From Flavobacteriaceae bacterium (GTDB lineage Bacteria > Bacteroidota > Bacteroidia > Flavobacteriales > Flavobacteriaceae), in contig OZ245049.1 of NCBI GenBank assembly GCA_965224465.1, forward strand, positions 240,001 to 272,000: a stretch of 32,000 nucleotides of DNA, written 5' to 3'. Positions within the stretch are counted from its first letter, which is position 1, and each line of letters starts with the position of its first letter. Under the pieces are notes generated by a model, which saw nothing but the letters and a program-made list of their open reading frames with translations, did not search any database and had not been told where the DNA came from. This document shows positions 17,991 through 26,962 of the stretch, piece after piece. The translations under genes were made by a program, and so were the position numbers.

Positions 17991-18932
17991 ATGCAACAAC
18001 AACCATCCAATCAGAACCAAACGCTACCCTTGGTAAAAGAAGGGCCTAAAAGGCTGCGTTTTTATAAAAACGGGAAAATAAAAAACCAAGCTAGGTATGC
18101 GCATCGCACCTATGGAGTTTCTATTGGATATACGGATGGAAAAACCATAGATTATTTGTTGGAAGTAAAATGCATTAAAAAGGTTGGGGATTGTTTGTAT
18201 TATGAGCTCCATAGAAAACGGTTTTTTAAAAATGGCGAACAAGTACATTCGTTTATGGACACACTCGCCGAAAAAAGTATTGGCTGTTTGTATCCATTAG
18301 TGTTAAAAGTAGCCGATAATGGCGAAGTCATAGGCATAGAAAACCAAGTAGAAATAGAAAAACGATGGAAAGAAAATCGTAAAAAGATAGCAAAAACGCA
18401 CCAAGGGGAAATAGTAGAAAGTTATTTTAAAACCATGGACAAGGCTGTAAGTAGCGCCGCTAATTTGGCTAAAAGTCTCGCAAACGATATGGTTTATAGT
18501 TTGCTGTTTTCTAATATATACATTGCCTATACAAAAGAATACCAAGTGGAGCTAGTAAAAAAAACACCTTTTATTGCAAACTATAAAACATTGGTATTTA
18601 AAGGGCAGCAGCGAATAGAAACGCATGTAGCTAAAAATAATCGGTGTAGTATTTATTACAAGGGAGCATTACAAGCTACAAATCAACTGAAAGAAGGGGA
18701 TTTAAAGATACACTATCAATTGGATGCCCAAGATTATGGACTGTTAAGAGTTGATGGAGAAGCAACTTATATATTGGGAGCACATAAAAAAATAATCACC
18801 TTTAAAATAATAGCACAAAAAACGCTTGATAAAACCAAAGAAAGCACCATAAAAGCACACAAAGCATTAGGTATTTATAACGACCCCAACGAACCTGAAC
18901 CTAAATGGTACCAACTTTGGAAATATCTATAA
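17991..18932 (+). CDS. Hypothetical 313-aa cytoplasmic protein (no signal peptide) between the effector and the PAAR-like gene
   Basis: The ORF starts 2 nt after the tle1-like stop. No motif recognised. Confidence 0.6.
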   Translation: MQQQPSNQNQTLPLVKEGPKRLRFYKNGKIKNQARYAHRTYGVSIGYTDGKTIDYLLEVKCIKKVGDCLYYELHRKRFFKNGEQVHSFMDTLAEKSIGCLYPLVLKVADNGEVIGIENQVEIEKRWKENRKKIAKTHQGEIVESYFKTMDKAVSSAANLAKSLANDMVYSLLFSNIYIAYTKEYQVELVKKTPFIANYKTLVFKGQQRIETHVAKNNRCSIYYKGALQATNQLKEGDLKIHYQLDAQDYGLLRVDGEATYILGAHKKIITFKIIAQKTLDKTKESTIKAHKALGIYNDPNEPEPKWYQLWKYL

Positions 18933-18943
18933 AAAAGAAAAAA

Positions 18944-19414
18944 ATGGGAAAAGCACTAGTATGTCAAAAAGCAGAATGCGAATGTGAACACGGTAATATG
19001 CCGGATAAAATAATATCTGTAAGTAAGCATCGGCAATATGTAAACGATGTGGAAGGCGAAGAAAAAATGATCGTTTCTACGATGGATATCGGCCAACCTT
19101 TTGAAAAAAAAACCTTTGGGACTTGTAAATTACAACCTACGCCAAGTGGTTACAAAGTATGCCAACCACAAATAACAAAATGGGAGGATTTTTACGATAA
19201 AGTAACACTGGACAACGGAGGGAATCCCATTTTAGAAAACAGCAAAGCCATCTGCCCCATTGCAGGAGTTGCTTGTATTTCTATTACTTTTCATGGACAA
19301 AAAGGAGAAATGACAGAACAGCATCAAGAGGAAGCCGACCCCGAAGTACAAAACATGCTAAATCCATTGGCTAGTAGTACGGAACAAGGAGAAGAACCAC
19401 AGGAGAGATATTAA
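18944..19414 (+). CDS. DUF4280 PAAR-like spike-tip protein
   Basis: MGKALVCQKAECECEHGNMPDKI...FGTCKLQP......CQPQITKWEDFYDKV...GNPILENSKAICPIAGVACISITFHGQ matches the DUF4280 Cys / FG.C / W / C.P / GQ pattern. It has an acidic C-terminal tail. The ATG at 18944 is preferred over 18905. Confidence 0.75.
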   Translation: MGKALVCQKAECECEHGNMPDKIISVSKHRQYVNDVEGEEKMIVSTMDIGQPFEKKTFGTCKLQPTPSGYKVCQPQITKWEDFYDKVTLDNGGNPILENSKAICPIAGVACISITFHGQKGEMTEQHQEEADPEVQNMLNPLASSTEQGEEPQERY

Positions 19415-19425
19415 AATTTAAAAAC

Positions 19426-22400
19426 ATGGCATCAGAAAAAATTATAGTAACAACTAGTTCAAAAAAAATAGTTTCAGAAGGAACCGCTAGTTTTAAAGCG
19501 GCATTATTAAGTGAGCAAGGTGCTCTATTGCAAAAAAAACTAGAGAATTTTCGTGTTTTTGAGGCTGTAGTAGGCCAACCTATTTCTTTTAAATTAATTG
19601 CAGATGTAAGTACAACCATAAACCCCATAGCAACACAAACACGTGTTTTTCTTGCGAAACAATCCTTAAAAAACTTTGGAAAGCATGAATGGATGCCTTT
19701 TGACGGAGTAAGCAATAAAGAAAATTTGCATGATCTAATAAATAATTTAAGTAAAAAACAAATTTCACTTGACTTATTCAATAAACTTTCGGATAAAGGA
19801 ACAAAAAAGGTAGGGAAAAATTATTTACAAAATTTTGAAGTTGCTAACATTAATGGTAAGACCACATTTCGAGAAATTAAAACGTCATTTACACTTACCG
19901 CGGAAGATATTGGCAAAGGGTTTTGGGTAGAAGCATTTAATTACAAACCCGAATGGATAAAGGAGCAAGGAGTTATAATTGTAGGTGTTGAGAACCCAAA
20001 AGTCGTCAGTTTTTATGCAAAAAAAAGAGATATAAAAGAAAATAAAATAAAAACAATTGCCAAAGATACAATAGAAACAAGTATTAGTAAAGAATTGGTT
20101 TATGGTGATATTCTAGATATTTTTATACATATCCACACTAGAAATAAAAACTTTCCTATTACCTTAAGTATCATAAATACCGATGGAGGAAAAGAAACTA
20201 TTTTACATACTCAAGAATTCAGCGAAAAACACTTTATAAGCAGACCAACTACAATAGGTAGAGTTTTAACAATCGAAGAAATTAATTTATTGCCACAATG
20301 GATTTCATTACTTAAACATGAAGTAGGTACACAAAAAAACTTTGTAATACGGATGGAGTTAGATCTTTGCTCAACTAAAGATGTTAAAGGGAATTATTCT
20401 TTTGAAAGTATTACAAAAGAAATAAATTTCACAATAAATTATAAAGACGAATGGAATACAGACCAAGACGAAGCCGAATGGATAGCCCAAATAGCTGAAA
20501 TAAAAGAAGCTCCCTTGGTTACTCAAAAACATGAAGAATGCCTTTATACAGCATTGGAGGTTAAAATTGAAGGAGAAGAAGATGTTATCATTTTAAAAGA
20601 ATGCGAAAATGAAGATGGTTCTTTAGATATAAACGACACAACAACCATCATAGAAATTATTGCAGGGAATAAGGCAAATAAAAAAACAATTACAATACTG
20701 GCAAAGAATTTAGATACTACTAAATGTGTAAATGAAATGGGGTTTAGTAATACCGATACCAAAAGTGGTGCGCATACAGGGGATGTTTTTAATACGGATG
20801 AACTTTTTTACTTAAACGATATTATAAGAGGAGCTACAGATAAAAATATTTTTAAGGTAGCCCCCAATCTAACATACAAGGTAAATGAAGACGCAGGAAC
20901 ATTAACTATCGATGCAATGTATGGTTATGATACATCACATAAATTAAAAGGATTAAAGTACCTGCCTGGGGTAGGTTATAACACTTTAATAAGCAGCCTC
21001 CCTGGCATACATACTTTTCTGATACCTGTACAAACCTGTAGGTATATACGTACGCCACTTTTTAAAATTTACCCCGACGATTTATGGACGTTTCATTTGA
21101 TTTATAATGGTTTAGGAGGAAGTTACTTTTTTCAAGAAGATGATTCCTATGATGATAAATTATTAAAGGGGGCAGATAAATTACTGAAGAGGTTTTCTGA
21201 ACATTTAGATGAATATATTATTGAATTATCTAATGTTTCAGAATCAGAAGGTTTAGTAATGATAGATAAAAAAGATGAAGATACAATTTTTAATAAAATG
21301 ATTTCTTGGGCTAAAACTTCTATTGGAGGTGAAGAGGAAGATACTTTATTAATTGCAGGTACAAAATGGATTAAAGATAAGTTGATAGAGTTTTTAAAAG
21401 CAGAAGCGCAAAAAAATGCTATTGGATTTCTTTTGCAATATGATAACAAAAATAAAGAAATTGATTATACAAAAGAATATCAAGAGGTGTTTGAAGGTAT
21501 GATTTTAGCAATGATGACAGTTTCTTTTATTTTAGAGATATTACTTATGTTTTTTTCTGGAGGAAGCACAGCTATATTTAAAGCTAAAAAGGCATTAAAA
21601 GCAACAAAAGTAGCTTTTACTAAAAAAAATTTCAACCCTGCTACTTTTAATAAAATAAAAGAAAAATATAAGGAATTAGGAAAAGCTTATGATGATATTG
21701 GATTAAATAAAGAAGTAGAGCTTAATTATAATGAGTGGGAGGATGTTAAAGGAGATAAGGCAAAAGGTTTTTCTAGCTATAGCATGTCTAAGAGAAAAAA
21801 AATAGATATAAATATTGATATTATTTTACCAAAAATAGGTGTAAATTATGGTACTTATTACGAGAAACAACCTGATGGAAAAGTAAACAGGATACATGAG
21901 TTTGCAATAAAAGCAAATCCTTTTTTAGCTGTTAATATTGATGCGGCAATGAATACGGATCAAATAATAAAAGTAATAAAAAATGTAAACCGATGGATGC
22001 AAGGTTTAGAACCTAAAACTTATGACATAAAAAAAGGTAAAACTATTGATGCCTCTCTTAAATTTGGTTTTGTAGCTATTGGAGCTATAGTAAGCGAACT
22101 TAAAGTAAAGTTTAATAGCAATACTAAAACATTCATTATAAAAGACCATGAAAACCAAAAAGAAGAGAAAAAAACAGACGATAAAGTAGTTATAAAAAAT
22201 GGTGCACGTATAATTGTAGATTTGTACGGAAAAGGAGAAATGAAAGCCCAAGTAAAATGGGTGCCATTTTTAAAAGCCTCAGTATCTGCAAAGGTTAATG
22301 TTGGGGGGCATGTAGGTGTAAATAATATTTATGGCTACGATAGTAAAGGGCCTTATATGCACCAAGAATTTTATTTTTCGGGGCTAAAAGGTACTTTTAC

Positions 22401-22572
22401 CGCGAAAATGATTATTGGGAAGAAAAATGTATTTTCATTTAATTCAGATAATCAAAAAATAAAAAACGGAGAAATAAGTGATAAAACAAAAAAGGAGTTA
22501 GAAGAAAATGCAATAGAACCTTATGTAATGCAAACCCCAAAGTTTTACCCTTTAGATTTAATAAATAATTAA
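19426..22572 (+). CDS. 1048-aa protein of unknown function, a candidate T6SS cargo effector
   Basis: A long uninterrupted ORF 11 nt after the DUF4280 gene. It has one strongly hydrophobic helix (FEGMILAMMTVSFILEILLMFFSGG) and a Gly/aromatic-rich C-terminal ~150 aa. Partial copies of its middle and C-terminus occur downstream. Confidence 0.85.
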   Translation: MASEKIIVTTSSKKIVSEGTASFKAALLSEQGALLQKKLENFRVFEAVVGQPISFKLIADVSTTINPIATQTRVFLAKQSLKNFGKHEWMPFDGVSNKENLHDLINNLSKKQISLDLFNKLSDKGTKKVGKNYLQNFEVANINGKTTFREIKTSFTLTAEDIGKGFWVEAFNYKPEWIKEQGVIIVGVENPKVVSFYAKKRDIKENKIKTIAKDTIETSISKELVYGDILDIFIHIHTRNKNFPITLSIINTDGGKETILHTQEFSEKHFISRPTTIGRVLTIEEINLLPQWISLLKHEVGTQKNFVIRMELDLCSTKDVKGNYSFESITKEINFTINYKDEWNTDQDEAEWIAQIAEIKEAPLVTQKHEECLYTALEVKIEGEEDVIILKECENEDGSLDINDTTTIIEIIAGNKANKKTITILAKNLDTTKCVNEMGFSNTDTKSGAHTGDVFNTDELFYLNDIIRGATDKNIFKVAPNLTYKVNEDAGTLTIDAMYGYDTSHKLKGLKYLPGVGYNTLISSLPGIHTFLIPVQTCRYIRTPLFKIYPDDLWTFHLIYNGLGGSYFFQEDDSYDDKLLKGADKLLKRFSEHLDEYIIELSNVSESEGLVMIDKKDEDTIFNKMISWAKTSIGGEEEDTLLIAGTKWIKDKLIEFLKAEAQKNAIGFLLQYDNKNKEIDYTKEYQEVFEGMILAMMTVSFILEILLMFFSGGSTAIFKAKKALKATKVAFTKKNFNPATFNKIKEKYKELGKAYDDIGLNKEVELNYNEWEDVKGDKAKGFSSYSMSKRKKIDINIDIILPKIGVNYGTYYEKQPDGKVNRIHEFAIKANPFLAVNIDAAMNTDQIIKVIKNVNRWMQGLEPKTYDIKKGKTIDASLKFGFVAIGAIVSELKVKFNSNTKTFIIKDHENQKEEKKTDDKVVIKNGARIIVDLYGKGEMKAQVKWVPFLKASVSAKVNVGGHVGVNNIYGYDSKGPYMHQEFYFSGLKGTFTAKMIIGKKNVFSFNSDNQKIKNGEISDKTKKELEENAIEPYVMQTPKFYPLDLINN

Positions 22573-22581
22573 AAATATAAA

Positions 22582-23535
22582 ATGAAACAACTAATAAGAG
22601 TCATACTATTATGTATTATGGTGCAAGCTTGTGGACAAACGTATAATAAAATGGAAAGAGATAAAAATATGATAACTGCTAATAATTTTGTTGAAGAAAC
22701 AGAAAAACATGTAAAACATTTTGAGAAAGAGCCTTATTACAAGATGCATACTGGGTCTCCACAGGATTGTAATTATGAAATTTCGGTAAACGATCTCCCT
22801 GTATATAAAAGTTATTCAGGTTTCAAAGATTTGACAGGAACTCCAATAAACGAGGCTATATTGAAAAGTGGAGAACAACGGATTACCATAAAAATATTCC
22901 CGCCAGAAAAGGATAGTATACTCAGCAAACAAGCCAATATGTATTTTAGATTGGTAGAGGTAGATCATATGACCAGTCAATTCGAAGAAAAAAATATTTT
23001 AAGTTTTGTATTACCTTCAGATGATGATGGGGATTTTTCAGGAGCAGGTTTGCCTTATTTTGAAAAAGAATTGGTTTTTAATGCTTCTGTACCTTATGAG
23101 GTAAAAGGTTGGAGTGAAAGTCAAAATCTTTCTAAGTTAGACCAAGATAAATTAAAAGAAAAAGTAATTGGTTTTTATAAAAAAACGGGTGTCGAAGAAG
23201 TGAAAAAAAACATCGATTTTCTTTTTAATGCTATGCATAAAAAACAAGTGGAGAGAGCTATTTCAAATTATACTTCCAAGGAAGATTTAGCCGTTATGAT
23301 TAATGAAATGAAAAGATATGTAAAATATGCTAAACGTTTTGAATTAACCGAACCATATACAATGAAACTATATGGAAATAACCGTTTAGTTATTTTGGAA
23401 GTTTTAATTGGTGAATATAAAGGAGATGGAGCTCATTCTTTATTTGTACAGAAAGGAGAGGAATCTGGATTTAATAGAGATACCTATTACCTCCACATAC
23501 CTAAAGGAAAAACAGCATTAGAGATCATAAGGTAG
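22582..23535 (+). CDS. Lipoprotein, putative immunity protein for the 1048-aa protein
   Basis: MKQLIRVILLCIMVQACGQ has a lipobox. It starts 9 nt after the effector stop. A diverged paralog follows the orphan C-terminal fragment. Confidence 0.7.
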   Translation: MKQLIRVILLCIMVQACGQTYNKMERDKNMITANNFVEETEKHVKHFEKEPYYKMHTGSPQDCNYEISVNDLPVYKSYSGFKDLTGTPINEAILKSGEQRITIKIFPPEKDSILSKQANMYFRLVEVDHMTSQFEEKNILSFVLPSDDDGDFSGAGLPYFEKELVFNASVPYEVKGWSESQNLSKLDQDKLKEKVIGFYKKTGVEEVKKNIDFLFNAMHKKQVERAISNYTSKEDLAVMINEMKRYVKYAKRFELTEPYTMKLYGNNRLVILEVLIGEYKGDGAHSLFVQKGEESGFNRDTYYLHIPKGKTALEIIR

Positions 23536-23569
23536 TAAAAAAAGTCTAACAGTTTGTTAGGCTTTTTTT
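23536..23569 (+). terminator. Rho-independent terminator closing the effector operon
   Basis: agtctaaca-gtt-tgttaggct hairpin (one G-U pair) plus ttttttt. A decayed copy lies at about 26346..26380. Confidence 0.65.
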
Positions 23570-23572
23570 ACC

Positions 23573-24040
23573 AATACATTTGATTTTAAAAAGCACGAAA
23601 ACCAAAAAGACCCAGATAAACTCAGCGATAAACTGATTTGTAAAAACGGAGTTCGAATAATTGTGGATGTATTTGGAAAAGGAAAATTATCGCTTAAAGT
23701 ACGGTGGAAAGAAATTATTAACTATACGCTAGCCGAAGTAAGTGTAAAAGCAACACTGGGAGGCCATATAGGTGCAAATTCTATTTATGGCTACGATGAG
23801 CAAGGCCCTTATATGCAACAAGAAATTTATTTCTCTGGATTGAAAGGGAGTTTTGAGGTGAAAGGACGTTTTAATAACAATGATATCTTCTCCTATAGCA
23901 CAGAGAAACAGAAATTAATAAACGGAAAAACAGCAGACAAAACGGCAGAAGAATTACAAGAACAAGTATTGGAACCTTATGTATTCCAAACCAAAAAGTT
24001 TTACCCTTTAACTTTAATGAAAAATGAGAATAATAATTAG
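23573..24040 (+). pseudogene. Orphan, promoterless and start-less C-terminal fragment (~155 codons) homologous to the end of the 1048-aa protein
   Basis: NTFDFKKHENQKDPDKLSDKLICKNGVRIIVDVFGKGK..GGHIGANSIYGYDEQGPYMQQEIYFSGLKGSFEV..EPYVFQTKKFYPLTLM aligns with KTFIIKDHENQKEEKKTDDKVVIKNGARIIVDLYGKGE..GGHVGVNNIYGYDSKGPYMHQEFYFSGLKGTFTA..EPYVMQTPKFYPLDLI. It begins immediately after the terminator. Confidence 0.8.
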
Positions 24041-24156
24041 AATGATATTAATGAGCTATATGTTCGTGGCATGTGGACAACAAAAGAATGAGAAAATGGA
24101 AGAAATAACATTTGATAATTTACCTAATATTTTAGAAAGAGAAATTAAACATTAGC

Positions 24157-25277
24157 TGAATTCAAGTCACAAACGCAACTTTTAGTTAAATAATAATTGT
24201 TCCATTACAAATATAGGGTTTTGATATTTATGTCTCTTCCTAGGTCTGTTATTTAATTTTGTTTCTACCTCTTTGATTCTTTGATCTGTTAGGTTTGTAA
24301 AGTCACTTCCTTTGGCAAAATATTGTCTAATCAAACCATTTAAATTTTCGTTAGATCCTCTTTCCCAAGAGTGATATGGATGCGCAAAAAAGTAATCAAT
24401 ACATAAATTTTCTGCAACCTGCTCATGGCCTGCAAATTCTTTTCCATTATCAGCTGTTATAGTATGTAGATAAGGCTTCCAGTCTTCTAATATTTCATTG
24501 ATAGCTTTAGTGACAACAACTGCTTCTTTAGAGCTTACTTTTTTCATTTTAAGCATTCCAGAAGCTCTATCATTTACGGTAAGTATGGCTTGATTATGGT
24601 TTTTACCTATGATTAAATCGACCTCTAAATCTCCAAATCGATTTCTTTGTTCAACAACTTCAGGGCGTTGTTCTATACTAATACGATTCTTTATAACCCC
24701 TCTAGAATCCTTTGATGAGCCACGTTTTCTATATCTCCTTCCCTGTCTGCGAAGGTGTGTATGTAAATCACCATCATTCCTCTTGTCTTCCCTAATATGC
24801 TGATATATACGCTCAATAGACACCGTTTCTTTACCTTGTTTTTTTAGGACACCAACTACTTGCTCAGGACTATAATCGTCTCGCAATAACAACTCTATTG
24901 CTTGTTGAATATCTTCTGTAAAGCGTTTTCTTTTAGGCTTTTCTTTATGACGTTTAGCATACTTTTTTTGGGCTAATTCATGCTTGTAAACTCCATTTCT
25001 TTTGTCTGAATTACGCTTAATCTCTTTGCTAATAACAGACTTGTCTTTTCCTATAGCAGCTGCTATCTCAACCTGTTTATAACCTTGTTTTAACATGCAA
25101 CAAATTGTGTATCTTTGCGCTTGGGTGATGTGTTTCATACAACTTCTTTTTTCGAGATTTGAGACCGTAAGATACATATCCATCAAGACAAGAAAGGTAG
25201 GTTTTCCTACTTTTCTGTTTTGAAAATATAACCATCATAGAATCAAATCGAAAAGTTGCGTTTATTAGTTGAATTTA
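24157..25277 (-). mobile_element. IS30-family insertion sequence (about 1.1 kb)
   Basis: 27-bp imperfect inverted repeats (23/27): tgaattcaagtcacaaacgcaactttt (24157..24183) and aaaagttgcgtttattagttgaattta (25251..25277). Confidence 0.8.
24182..25138 (-). CDS. IS30-family transposase
   Basis: MKHITQAQRYTICCMLKQGYKQVEIAAAIGKDKSVISKEIKRN.. HTH, ..LTVNDRASGM.., ..ITADNGKEFAGHE.., ..PYHSWERGSNENLNGLIRQYF.. DDE region. The Met at 25138 is the likely start. Confidence 0.85.
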   Translation of the reverse strand: MKHITQAQRYTICCMLKQGYKQVEIAAAIGKDKSVISKEIKRNSDKRNGVYKHELAQKKYAKRHKEKPKRKRFTEDIQQAIELLLRDDYSPEQVVGVLKKQGKETVSIERIYQHIREDKRNDGDLHTHLRRQGRRYRKRGSSKDSRGVIKNRISIEQRPEVVEQRNRFGDLEVDLIIGKNHNQAILTVNDRASGMLKMKKVSSKEAVVVTKAINEILEDWKPYLHTITADNGKEFAGHEQVAENLCIDYFFAHPYHSWERGSNENLNGLIRQYFAKGSDFTNLTDQRIKEVETKLNNRPRKRHKYQNPIFVMEQLLFN

Positions 25278-26000
25278 AGTTACCTTTAAACCCAATGCTG
25301 GTAAATAGCGGGATAAAAGAACTAAAAATAAAAATATACCCAAAGGAAGGCGAAAAGGTATTAAGCAGTTATACTCGTGTAGGTTTAACACTTTATTTTG
25401 CGCCAGACAAAGATAGTAGATTAAAAGACTACCAAAAAATAGCTACCTTTAAATTGCCAGAAGATATTGCAGAGCAAAAACTACCTTATTATGAGGGTGT
25501 AATCACTTTTAAAGCAGAGGTTCCTTTTGATTATAGTCAAGATTTAGAGGACGCAGTTAATATAGAAAAATTAAAAAGCATAGAAAAAAAAATAGTTAGT
25601 AAATACAATGAACTTAGGGAAATGTGTATTAATAATGATGTTATAGATTATAATAAACGTCAAATACATTCTTCAATCATAGTTTATAACACAACTTATG
25701 AAAATACTATAGAAGAAATAGAAAAATCTGAAAGTACTATTTTATCTATGGTAGACTCTAGATTAGAAAATAAAGAAGTATTACCAATAGAGAATTATAT
25801 TATTCAATTTTATGCTGAGGGTAAAATCGTTGCATTATGGCAAAAAGATTTAAACCCCATGTTATATGTAAAAGGAACGCATACCAACACGGAAGGGTTT
25901 ACAAGGAAATATGAATATGGTGACGCCATTTTTTTATATATGCCTAAAGGTAGTAAGGAGTTGATAATGTGGTAGTCAAAAGTAATATAATATTAATTTT

Positions 26001-26437
26001 ACAATAAATTATAAAGATGACTGAAGCGTAGACCAAGACGAAGCCGAATGGATCGCCCAAATAGCTGAAATAAAAGAAGCTACCTTGGTGACTCAAAAAC
26101 ATGAAGAATGCCTTTATACAGCATTGGAGGTTAAAATTGAAGGAGAAGAAGATGTTATCATTTTAAAAGAATGCGAAAATGAAGATGGTTCTTTAGAAAT
26201 AAATGACACAACACCCATCATAGAAATTATTGCAGGGAACAAGGAAAATAAAAAAACAATTACAATACTGGCAAATAATTTAGATACTACTAAATGTGTA
26301 AATGAAATGGGGTTTAGTAAAACAGCATTAGAGATCATAAGATAGTAAAAAAAGCCTAACATTGTGTTGTGCTTTTTTTTTAAAACAATAAATTTGATTT
26401 TAAAAAGCACGAAAACCAAAAAGACCCAGATAAACTC
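26001..26437 (+). pseudogene. Collapsed chimera: effector middle fragment (matches 20431..20750) fused to the last codons of the immunity gene, then the terminator and the start of the orphan C-terminal fragment
   Basis: 26001..26320 is near-identical to 20431..20750 but contains stops. The junction ggtttagtaa|aacagcattagagatcataa continues as 23511..23625 (TALEIIR*, hairpin, tttgattttaaaaagcacgaaaaccaaaaagacccagataaactca). Confidence 0.8.
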
Positions 26438-26479
26438 ATGTTTATATTATCCCAAAAGTATACCTGTAAATTTAAATAA

Positions 26480-26902
26480 AAGAAGCTACCTTGGTCACTA
26501 AGAAGAATGTAGCTATACAGAAATAAATATTACAGGATTAGAAGAGCCTTTTTTAAAACAAAATACTGATGGATGTTTGGATAATTATCCAACTTCGATA
26601 TTGGAATATGTAGGAGGAAATAAAAAAAAGCCTAAAACCATTACTATCAATCTTAAGGACGTGGAAACTACAGAATGCCAAGAAGCAGGGTTTGACAATA
26701 CCCCCCTGCCGCACTAGTAGCCGCTATCGCTAGGCACGATTGTATCGTGTAGCGTCTATCAGTAAGCCATGCAGTTATTTATTTTTCATATCGTATTGTA
26801 ATAGGTAAAAAGATTCCATATTAGGGATTCGTAAGCTGCTACGGTCATACGATACAATCGCGAGAGCGGGGGGGGTATACGGATGTTAAGATTTTCAGTT
26901 AA
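26480..26902 (+). pseudogene. Second, more divergent fragment of the same effector middle region, interrupted by a GC-rich palindromic element
   Basis: KEATLVT.. ..NKKKPKTITINLKDVETTECQEAGFDNT parallels KEAPLVTQ.. ..NKANKKTITILAKNLDTTKCVNEMGFSNT. After the element, tatacggatgttaagatt parallels catacaggggatgtttttaat (HTGDVFN). Confidence 0.55.
26698..26878. repeat. GC-rich palindromic (MITE-like) element of about 175-180 bp
   Basis: The ends are ataCCCCCC (26698..26706) and GGGGGGGGtat (26868..26878). Internal complementary blocks are cgattgtatcg (26737..26747) and cgatacaatcg (26850..26860). GC content is strikingly above the surroundings. Confidence 0.55.
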
Positions 26903-26962
26903 CAGGTACAACCGTGGTGGCTATATTAGTAAATATTTTTCCTTAAAGCTCTGTTTTTATAA

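Larger units (their letters stand above)
24042..25975 (+). pseudogene. Orphan immunity-lipoprotein paralog, split by IS30 (24042..24155 plus 25278..25975)
   Basis: The 5' part, MILMSYMFVACGQQKNEKMEEITFDNLPNILEREIKH, carries a lipobox. The 3' part, LPLNPMLVNSGIKELKIKIYPKEGEKVL.., parallels TPINEAILKSGEQRITIKIFPPEKDSIL.. in the gene at 22582. About 38 residues present in the intact paralog have no counterpart. Confidence 0.75.

Noticed and set aside
16279-22251. Assorted minus-strand ORFs inside the effector operon (16279..16470, 16524..16769, 17280..17693, 18024..18248, 18303..18545, 19371..19781, 20544..20762, 21147..21449, 22006..22251)
   Set aside because: They are antisense to long, tightly coupled plus-strand genes. 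Their composition is the hydrophobic, low-complexity kind typical of reverse frames in AT-rich DNA.
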